Of a DNA stretch of 64,000 nt, positions 25,501 to 37,126 are shown piece after piece. A program made the position numbers and the translations under genes. The stretch's first letter is position 1, and each line of letters starts with the position of its first letter. Source of the stretch: Phoronis australis (Eukaryota > Animalia > Phoronida); assembly GCA_002633005.1 (NCBI GenBank), contig NMRA01000323.1:62001-126000 (forward strand), read 5' to 3'. A model generated the notes under the pieces. It did not search any database. It worked only from the letters and a program-made list of their open reading frames with translations, and was not told the DNA's origin.

Positions 25501-28500
25501 GTTTGATATGAATATTCATAATCAAATCTCAAAAATGCTCTTAAAGTTTTCTAAATTATCGGTGCGTTTCTTTTATGCCACTTCAAAGGTTTTTCATAAT
25601 AATCTTAAGAGTTCCTATGTTTAAAGCCCCTGATGCAAAAGTGAAAATTTATAAAAAAAACTTTTAATAACATTTCAGTGTTCTCCACAAGCTGTTTCGA
25701 ATCATCACTGTGTCGAGTTTGAATTTTGTCATGAGTTTGGCTTACTTGCGTCAAGTTTGAAAACCTATGCAACAAGATTAAAATATTAATAGATAAGTTA
25801 TTTCTTTAGCAAATTAGGACAAATTGGATTTTTATTCTAAGACTTAACACACAAACTACCCATAGCATGCGTTCGAATTTTGTAATTACAGTGCAGTTTG
25901 AATTTTCTAATGTGGAGAACACTGGCATTTTGGAGAACAGTGCACAAAGCCTAGTATCTGAATATTTCATAATAATACGACCATCAATTTCTGAGATACG
26001 ATGTTCCGAAGTTGCCAAATTTTGACATAGAAACCTACAAACTTCAAAACAATACACAGTACATAAAATGATCTGCCGTCATAAGACAACACAATGCGCC
26101 TAGTCTCCAGCAATAACTATAGAAACTGTATGTGAGCAAGTGAACAGAACTGGTTTTATCCAACCTGTAGCAGTCAATTATTTAAATTCAAATTTTCATT
26201 AAATATAGTGATTTATTGAAATATATACATATGGCCATAGGCCCAAAGTATAACATGTACAAGACAGAACATCGTCAGGTGCGTTACAAACTGAATAATA
26301 AATTGTGACGCTTGAGAGCATGATGGATGAATTTTAGAAGTAGGATATCTGGAATTTCTCATGAGAGATTCAAATCTAGATGTCGTGGGAGAATGACCGT
26401 CGCGTCCTTGAAGGTAAGCACAGTAAAATGGGTATATTTACAAGCAAGAGACCAAGTCTGAGCTATTCACAGTGAGACGAGTGTTTGGCAAGACATGCAC
26501 CTATAAATGAATGATGGGACTGTCTGAAAAAGTCCGACTATTTTACTTTAAATTTTATCATGAATAACTGTTTTTAAATATTAACTACTTAAGACTTTTT
26601 CACGAGTGCATTTTCGTGACAATGAGAATGTTTAGAGAACATTAAGCATCCCTCATGCACAAAAAGTTACCAAGACAGTCAGAGACAGCAGTATACGCCG
26701 GCAATGGCCTAGTGGGGGAATCCCAGAAGAGCAGCTCGCCACATTCAAGCATGAAAATCAAGGAACAGAAAGGACTCTAATTGAGGAAAATATGGTCAAA
26801 TCGCATGATGCTGGCGACAGGCACTGCCGCACTTTGTAAGCACACTTTTTTGAAAGTTTGGTCGAAATCCACCAAGAAATGTCAGAAAAGTTACTTACAG
26901 TTGCACAAAAGCATAAATAGCTGAGAGTTTCAAACTTGAACTCCTACCCAGGAACCCAGCTTTTACATTGTTGCTCAACTACTGGACTCATACCAACGCC
27001 TTCGTCCACGCATCTTTAATCTCTTCTCCCCATCTCTAAAACCATGAAAGCATTCTCACCTGATTTTGCGCCCCTTGCTTGCCCGTGTGTCCACTTGACC
27101 CTTCACCTTAGTCCTCATCTTCTGCACTTCCAGCCAATGGCGACTCAGTGCTACGGGGTCACTGAGGTCACCGGTCTTCTTCTCAATGAGTTCTCTCAAC
27201 AGTTGGTGGTAGAAGTCGTCATCGTTGAACACTTCTTCATTGTAACTGTTCAGGCTGCCTCTGTCCGAACGCCGAGTCTGAAAAAATGTCATGCAAAAAT
27301 TCTTAAATTTACTGAAACAGATAGAGACCAGTTTCAAAAAGATGAAATAAAAATAATTCTCAATAATGGGATATCTGAATGAGCAAAACTGACCAATATA
27401 GATAATTCCTCACCTGTTTAGCACACGATACTGCGGACTGGTGAAACTTTATTTTGTAAAATTTATTAACAAAAAAGATTATTCATAAGAAAATTCTCGT
27501 CTGTTCTTAGCTTGGGCTATGCTGTTCACATGTTGAAAAGCAGCATTTATTTCTATTATTTGCAGCGAACAAATTACAATTTTGCCAATTATTTTTTGTG
27601 AAAAATACGTTAAGAATTAGCGCAGCCTGTGTCAGTGTCTCAATGAGAGATTATGATCTCTTGCCAGAAAAAAAAAACAGCTGAGCAATTCCGTAAATTC
27701 CAAGACCAATGGGAAGTGTCCACAAACACCTAAAGCTTCACTGGTGTCCACCTCTGTCTTCCGTACACCTGTCCCCAATTTTATGGCAAGAGCAATGCGG
27801 ACCATTCAAATGTGTCAACATTGGTGGATCAAAAACGATTAGCAGTGGTCTCATTTCTTACATGTTTGAAAAGGATTACTTACCCTAAACTTCACCAAGT
27901 TTGGACAAAAATAATTGTCAAAACTAGTTGTATGTAACCCAACTAGTCAGATTTTCAACAAAATGTCCGTGGGAACAAGAAAATGAGTTAAAAAAAGAGA
28001 CAAGTAACTTGTCAATTGTTGTCAAGTCCTTTCACGTCATCAAATAATTTTTAACTGTCCATTTTAAACTAAACAGTATATTTTTGTGACTCCTCGATGG
28101 CAGAAAAATATTAATTCATGACTCAAAACATGGCATGATGGTTTACAATTGTTGAAAATCACCGTCGTTTTGTTTGGAACATGAATTTCAAAAAAACCTT
28201 AACTACGGGAAATTCCCCGCTTAAACTTCACCCTACTGTTGATGCACAGGGAACCGGATTTCAGATACTTTATTTACCATCATGGGACAACGGGGATATC
28301 AGCCATAAATCTCTATTTTTAAAACTTCTTTTCATGCCTTCATTTTTGACAGCTGAATGTGCCCATTGATCAATCGAAAATCTGAGACATAGTTCCAAAA
28401 ACGAAAATTTTTTACGGTACAAGGCATATGAAAAATGTTATCTTATTTTATTGAACAGCACCCCCTGGCATTGACCCAATTCCTGGACTTGCCAGGTCGC

Positions 28501-31500
28501 GAAGATTAAGAAAATTGACTTTGAAGCACTATTCGAACTGTCTGGCACATCTGAGAAACTACTGAAGGTAGAACGTTGCAAATAACTATTAACATGTGAA
28601 TTCTGGTGCATAACTTTTGTTTTGGTTTAAATCAAAAATTGGGGCCTTAAAGCAAACGACAATTTTTTTCTAATAATGAGTTTAAGGAAAATGCTTCGCG
28701 ATAAAATCACTCTGGAGTGGATAATGGGAACGTTTTTGACAAAAATTGACCATTATCTTTTCACGGGCTACAACTAAACTTAGGGCTGTTCCAGTAAAAT
28801 CCGTGTGGGAGGGGGGACGGCAGTTGAAATAAAAATTCATAGGTGGTGGTCTTCACAAAAAATCTCAAATTATGGGTGGTCGTTCCTGTAAGAAGTGATG
28901 CATTAAAAATGGGTGGTATTTTTTGACCAGTTAATGTTGACAGGTTGGTTACCTCAGCCATCAATACTCAAAAAAATGCAATTGGCATACATCCTGGCAT
29001 ATATCCCAATACAAAAAAGCCCATATTGCCAGTGAACAGAGTGCAATATGTTCACTAAGCCATTAATCAAGTCATGGGCAACTTGATTTGAGCCAACTAT
29101 TTGTCTGCAGTCCTATTGAATTGAAAAGTTATGCAACACTAAACTGGTGTTAACACATATAAGAAAATTGATGATTTTTAAATAAAAAGTATGAGGAGTA
29201 AGATAAACAAGTTCCAATATTCACTTGACATAGAAGTATAAAAGAGTTCGTGGAGAAAGTTTGAGATTCATAGATCCTTGTAATTGAAAAAATGTTCATT
29301 GAAATTATAGACACATAGTGAACAGAGGCACCTGGTGGCTGCCAAAAGTATTGCTCACAGGCTACTTAAGTTTTTGACAATATTGGACAAGACAACTAGT
29401 TCTTGTCTGTCAAATCATCTAAGTTCTTAACAGATCCTCCTGGAGGCAATTTGTTTGCAAGTGTTGGATATTATATTTTAACCTATTAAAAATAATTAAA
29501 AAATTATGGGTCATGGGTTGGAGAAATAAATGAAAAATATGGGCGGTGGGTACGAAATAAAAGTACCTTCCCCCCTTTCATACAGATTTTGCTGGAACAG
29601 CCCTTAGATAATTTGTCAATCAAAAAGTTGTTGATAGTCAAGGCGCCTACTCACGTCATCAAAACACGTCGAATCGACGGAAAACAAATGACAGGCGTTG
29701 ATTAGCATTCTTTTAATTAGTCACGAACTTATGAAACAAACATCCCAACAAGTCACACGTAAGGACTCTAATTAAAAATGAAATTAAGTACGCAGCAGAC
29801 ATCAATTTTAAGTAAACATTGTCATTGTTGAGTGATTTCATAACTTTGCACAATTCCAAGAATCACCACTAATCTTCAAGTAATGGACAGCCCATCTCCT
29901 TCATGATTTCGGCTACTAATAAAAACATCTATGAAAATATTTTCATCAAAATCTTTCTAAAAATCACCACTAACAGCATTTAGCAAGTGAAATTCCAGTC
30001 AGTAACTAAGAAATACAATTTACCTGCTCATCTGTGGTGTCCTTTTTATCATCTATTTGACTTTTTTGACTTGGTTGACTCAGCACGCGTTGACCCGATC
30101 GCATAAGTTGTGTTCTTTTGACAAGACGGCCTTTGTCACTCATGAGCTGCGTCAAAAAAATCCAGCATGAAATGAAATTTGAATATAATATTCTTTTTGC
30201 AGCAAAACACAACGCATACGAATTATTTAAAAAAGAAAATTAATGCATCAGGGTTCGACTGCTTGGTCAGTAATTTTGATCTGAATTTTGCTATCTCAAC
30301 CAGAAAAATTGTACCAGTCGAAGTAAGCCGGATCCAAAATCGAACTCAGACTCCCAAGCATTCAAGCATCTTTCGACGTGGAAAATGCAAACGATTTAAT
30401 GCTGCGTTGAAATAGAGACAACGGACAAAAATACTAGAGCAATGCGGAGTGTTGAAATGCACCCATGATAGCACTGCAACTGGTGTGCTTCTATGGGTGT
30501 TTTTAGTATCATCAAAATAGCGCAGAATGCGTCAAACCCAACCAAATTGAGAAGCTGACGTCGTCTCTGCAAACACAACTACTTGCCAAATTTCATAAAA
30601 ATATTAATAAGCCTAGGAACTCCTAAGATTATAGAACAAACATATTAAAACAATTGACACTAGGGGGCAAAGTTATAGTCTGATTGGTCTCAATCTTGTT
30701 GTCATCTGTTGCCATCTCTATAAAATCTCATCTGCCAGACTTCGCAAAGATTCATCAAAGGGTTAAGGAGATACAGCCGTAGCTTCAAAAAGCAGATTGC
30801 CGCTAAGGGGCGCCAGAATTATAGTTAAAAACATCCGAAAACCAACATCAGCCAGGATCTTCACACCACAAACACAACCATCAATTATCCTCCTTTGAGT
30901 TGTAAAACAGATAGAGAGGCAGACGTCAAAAACATACACGAAAATTTTTAAATAGCCACCAGATGGCGCAGCAAACATCAAATTTGTCCGAAAATGAGAA
31001 GGCGCTGTCAACTCCTTACTAGAAACCAGTTTGTCGAATTTCATGAAAATACATTCATGAACTTCAAAGATACAGAGGAGAGTAACAAATCTGCTGTTTG
31101 TACAAAAACCTGACAACAGTGACATTCAATGGGTGTTCATGAAGACAGCCGTGACGATTGCTGTTCGAAATAAGTAACTTTATATAATTACATTTTTGGA
31201 GGCGAAGATAAACCTTAAGCTCCTTCTTGGTGAAGCTAGTTTAATATGGAATTTGTTGCTTTTTGTTTAAAAACAACTGAATCAAAAGAAAATTTTCAAC
31301 CAAGAACCAGACGAAAATTTGAAAACAACATCCTAAGCAGTATTTTAGGAACTGCTTTTTCAACTTGGAATTCTTCATTTCCATCTAAAATTTCAGTTTC
31401 CATCTCAAATTGTTTGGAGGTCGAAACTATTGTTAACCTGGGAATTTTCCGGGTCAAAGGTCACATAAGACAGCACAGAGAGGATTGTGAGAAAGCACTA

Positions 31501-34500
31501 CACCATGTGCAATAGGAATGCTACAAAGGGGCAATGCAGACATTAAGGTTACCCAGGACCTTATTTACACATTTGGGCATTTAGCAAAATGTCTACAAAA
31601 ATATAGATTTTAATTAGACAAAAATGCATTATTTTCCTTAAGTATAAAACTGGTAGAATTTGATTTTGATTTTTTACCAATCAGCCATTCATTATGTCAC
31701 GTGACTATATCTTATTAGAAAAAAATTCATTAATAGCAACACAACGGTATCGACAACACGACAAAATTTACTTTGATAAAAAATTTCTAGATGAAAGATC
31801 AAAAATGCCGTAACAGTTTTCTAAATAATTATGATTTTATTTTCATTTCATTCACCTTTTGAGGTTTTTCATGAGAAAACAGAGAGCAGCTTGTTAAGCA
31901 TGGGGGCGTTTCTGTGAGAAGGAGCCTAACTGATGAATACCTGAATGCAGGCATTTTTATAGTAAGGTCCCTCGCTTCAACTGCAACACAGTGAATATCA
32001 AATTCTCCATTACATGGTATACTTCAAGCAAACAGAGTATATCTACTCGAATCCTGTGTGTATATTAAGGACAAGGTTAATTTTTAATATAAAAAAACAC
32101 CGATTTCAAAAACTTAAAAATGAATACATTATCGATGCTTTTAATAAAACTATGAAGAGTCTTTTTTAAACACATAATGATTGGCAGGGCAGGAAAATAG
32201 TCATTTCACAAAATCCCAAAGACTGCTGGAAAAGGTCATCAGCCAATTTCGTTTGCAAACATGTCAAGTACAACAGCAATTAAATCAATTTAGACAGCAT
32301 AACCTTTTATTAGTTTATATAATTCTGTACGTTCTCACCTGTTCGATCTGCTTCAAAGCCGATTGGTTGAAGGCACTGAATGACTTACTGCTTAGTTTAC
32401 CCAATGACAGCTGCGTCTTGTCATTCCACTTTTGAATCGTGTCATTTCTGAAAACACAAAAAATCAACGTTTAGCAGCTGGATCCATGGGGTCTGTCAGA
32501 CGGAACTCCCAACAACTTCTCACAAAAACTAGGACAATGTAGGAAGGCACATCACAAAAAAACAGGAACTATAAGGAGGAGAACATAGGAACATAATTAT
32601 TTACAAGTTGAATTTGAAAAATTGTAATGCACACAAACTTCCATTGGATTATGCCAAAGAAATTGCAGGGTTATATAATATACAAATTATCGCTCAAAAA
32701 CTAGCAGTCATGTGCACATTCTCAGAGATTTTGCACTTCCACTCAAGTGAGATTTAATTATTTTTCACAAACAGTTGTGTGGAGCAGACGACTTACCTTA
32801 CGCCTCAAGTCTTAAGTCACTCGGGGATTTTATCTACGATGCTGCTGCCGTTTATCAAATGAATGTTAAAACATCTACTGCGACATTCTTTTTGGTGTGA
32901 TCACGACAAAGTAACAATAACCATCAACGTAGATAAATAAAACATTGGGAATGAGCATCAAAATGCATCGAATAAGTACAAAAATCAGACTCTTTTATGC
33001 GAAAGATTTTCAAGGCATACAACATCCTATCGTGCTGAAGTCAAATCTCACCGCCTAAAACGCTAGTTATAAATAAGGGTATGTGTCCACAAGTTATCTG
33101 TGACATCACCGGATGTTTACAAGCAACTAACCCACAATGCATTTGAAAAATGACACCAGTGCCACAGATGACATCCCACAAATTTATATAAAAAACTTTG
33201 AAAAGTTTGAATATTATTGTTTGTGCACTCAGCAGTAATACAACAGTCTAAATCTTGCCTTCAACCGTACCTGTACTGTTGAAAAGCCTTATGACGTTTA
33301 CAAACTGTCACTTCAAAATCATCAGATGATTTTCTTTTCGTCCTCAAGAGGTCTCCCTCTGCACTGCCCTCATCATTGCCACTTCCCAGGTCATCCCCCA
33401 TGCTAAGAGCGGTAGTTTCAGGATTTTGCCGCAGTAGTTTGTTCTGCAGTTCAAGTAGGCACACGCCCAATTGGCTCAAAAGATCGCAACCTGAGGAAAA
33501 GAAGTCGAGTACCACCATCTATCGAGGTTGCAGGGGTAAGTATCATTTGCTTAATAATTTTCAGCACAAAGACAAGGTCTTCCCAAAATCAGTTGTTAAC
33601 ATTCAAACATGGATGTACAATCAGAATGTGGGTAACATTTTTGGCCTACCCATTATAAAACACTGACTTTGTGCCTAAGAAACACATGTGGGTAACATTT
33701 TTGGCCTACCCATTATAAAACACTGACTTTGTGCCTAAGAAACACAAGTGGGTAACATTTTAGGCCTACCCATTATAAAACACTGACTTTGTGCCTAAGA
33801 AACACACGTGGGTAACATTTTAGGCCTACCCCATTACAGAACGACTGGCTTTGTGCCTCAGAAACAGATGAAATTCCTCGTTGGTTCTAAGCAGTTCTTA
33901 ACATGACGAAAGTGCTCACACTTGGTCACAGGCAACCTGTCCCTCTACTTCAAAATCTACGCATTAAGTGAACAGAACAGAGTTTGCAACGGCAACACAA
34001 GACTTGATGATTTTTATACTAATCTTTTTATGACCAGTAACAAGTTTTTGACGTACAAACGGTTTTTCAAACACAATTGACACTACCTTGCTCCAGTGCC
34101 TTTTCGTAGGGTTCACCACCCTCGGTCCTGAACAACGGCCATGCGGTGGGTGGGGGCAATTGATTGACGACAAGCAGAGCTTTCTGCATCTTGATTCTGC
34201 TTTCAAGCAAACTGTCCCACAAACCTGAACATAAAATTGAAAGCGAGTCAAAGGTCACCCAAATATTCTGATAAATGGAAATTTATATAAATTAAATCTT
34301 CTTAAAACCATTCCATACTTTTCATTAAGAGTGTTTTCAAAGGTCTTTACAGTTTACAGTAATAGCTATTCTTTATATACACTTGTTACAATGTTATAGC
34401 CAGGCTATGGAGCTGAAGACCTAACTCAATGTGATCAAGTGTCTTTTGAACCTCCACCAATTTCACAAGGTCATTCCTTAACGGGAAAATTTCTGGACGA

Positions 34501-37089
34501 CTTTGCAAATGTTAGCGCTTTAAGCGACTTAATAACTGGTCACCATTGTGTGAAAAAATTGCGGATTCCAATACAAGGAGACGGCGTCAATTTTATAATT
34601 CACTGGTCAATTACTTCGTCTGTTATGAAATCTGCTTTTGTCTCCTTTTGAACAATTTATATTGTCGGTTTTTGTTTGCAGCAAAAGTCCAAGAGACAAT
34701 AGGCTGCTTTACATTGTTTCATTCGGAAAACATTAATTACAAATGGCCTTGATTGGCATACCTGACGTGGACTCAGAAAACGTGAACTCTCCATATTTTA
34801 TTTACAATTTGCCGTTGAATTTTGCCCCAATTTTGCCTGGTCATTGTATTTATCGGATATTTGACGTCGCGGACTTGTGTACACATTATCGTTGAGCCCT
34901 CTCTGGATGCACACTTGTTTGATAGGCAAACCATGTACATTACCACTCCCTGACGGAAAACGTACAACGGAGGCCAGTAAAAACATATCGTGCAAGTGTG
35001 CTCATGTAGAAGCAGTGTAAACCCGACATTACGATCTCTGAGTGACTTAATCACATGCCAGTTATAAAATTATTTATTATTGAATTGATTTATAAATTAC
35101 CAATGGCGAAGAAGTCGTCCTGAAAATTAACCAAAACATTTTTAAAGGCAAGAACCAAGTCACAGAACTTGAATGTGTAACAGGTGATATTGATCAACAG
35201 TTCATCATAGATAAAGAATTACAATTGTTATGTCAACTTCTGGTTTAGCAAATACTTGATATTCATTCGACTTTCTCACAAAAATGGCATCTAGCTAACC
35301 TAATCAGTTGATTTAAACTCCAATACTTGGCCAAATGTCAAAACACCTCGAAACTTTCCTCTAAGTTGTACGTCTCTTCAGTCATTATCTCTGGTTACAT
35401 CTAGATACAACTACACAGTACAGTGCCCTTACCTAGCTGCGCTTTGGCAGCACTGCCTTTCTCAATTTCTTCTTCAAGTGTACGACGTGAAAAGTTCTGA
35501 ATGTTTGAGTCTGAAAATATGGACAATTAAAGATAATGTCTTTCATGCCTCATCACCTATGCCATCACAAGCAATCAAGTACATCGTTTTCAGATCAATC
35601 ATAATTCTCACACGAGTAAGAATTAACGTCTTCATGACTAAAATTTTATGTGCATGATGCCATGATGGCGTTCATCACTACACACCCAAGGCGATGTCCT
35701 CTTAAATTTTGAACACAATGGCTGACGAATTCAGGCAAAATAGGGCAGACCTCGCGCCAGGAATAAAGGTATAACACTACCTTTTACTTACTGCATATGG
35801 TAAGAGTAATACTAATGATTATGGTAATATTCCACTTGACTTTCACAAAAATAATTACCAAAATTGTCATTATTACATTTTTCAAACGCTGACCACTTTA
35901 ATGCAAATAATGGAAACTTTTCCAAAAGTTGTTTCATGATGTCTGCTCACGACAAACCACACTAGTAATAGGGAAAAAGTTTCTTAATAATCTTTATTTT
36001 ATGGAAAAATTTAACAATCATGTTTTGTGCTGAATAAGAGAAGACCCCATAAATGCCTACTCCTGGAGATTAGTGAAGCCATAATTAGACAATCCACTTT
36101 TCATGTTGCAAAAGTTTTGTTTTAAATTTAGACCTACTGGAAGACAAGAAAGTCAGATGACAGCATAAAATCCCAACATATCCATCCGGCATTAAATTAA
36201 TAGAGTTTGATATAATTGTAATTACTGGCAAGATCAATCAAGCAAATAAGTAAGCAACTTTGTTTAAGCTTGGTCAATATTATTCATTTAAGCTTTCTGG
36301 CCAACCTTACTCCAGATTCCACACTAAACTTGCAAAACCTCCCTTAGCAAAGCGACAGACATCTTTGTTATAGTGCTGCTGCGTGTACCACACATTGTCA
36401 CGTGTAAACAGGCCATGAGATGAGGCAAAATTTTCATCACCATTTGGTAAGAAAACGAGTTTTGCTTAATTGTAACAGAGCTATTCAATAAAGAAAGCCA
36501 GCTGATACCTAAATAGTCAGCTTGAATTATGTTACTGACCAGCAACCCTATTCAAGCTTACATCACAATGGTTATCAGGAGAAAAGGCCTCCTAAACTTG
36601 GAATTTAATGTTGAGAAAGGCATCTGGCTCAACAAGCTTATTGTTGTACAACATCTCTTTTCCGCAACTCTGTATTCATGTGTGGTGTATTTGTTTGCTC
36701 CTGCATACCCTGCATGCTATGAATTATGGGATTGTTAAAGGATTGTGGGAAGAGATAGAAATTGCTGGAAACCATGCGGATGTGTTCTGTGTAGTTCTGC
36801 CCCTTATATAACACTTTTTCAAGACTTTTTTGACAAGCTTGATTTACCTAACTTACCAGAAGTCTTATTCAAGAAAACTGAGCAACAGTTAGTATGGGAG
36901 CAAGGAAATTCAAGCTTGGAGAAAAATATCAAGGTGTAGCATTATCAAGCTTCATTAAGCTCGACTAAGCTTTTCAAATTTAGCTACGTTACCTTCAGCA
37001 TTGCCTTCAGATAAATTATCAGTGTTCAGGTCCTCTTCACTCTCATCATGATCTTCACCAGAGTCATGATCATCATCATCATTAGCACC

Positions 37090-37126
<37 letters not shown>

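Noticed and set aside
35590-35678. Intronic C/D snoRNA in AATF (GTGATGA...CTGA, ~80 nt before an acceptor)
   Set aside because: Position is typical, but there is no terminal stem, no clear C'/D' boxes and no rRNA complement I can recognise; snoscan would be needed to revive it.
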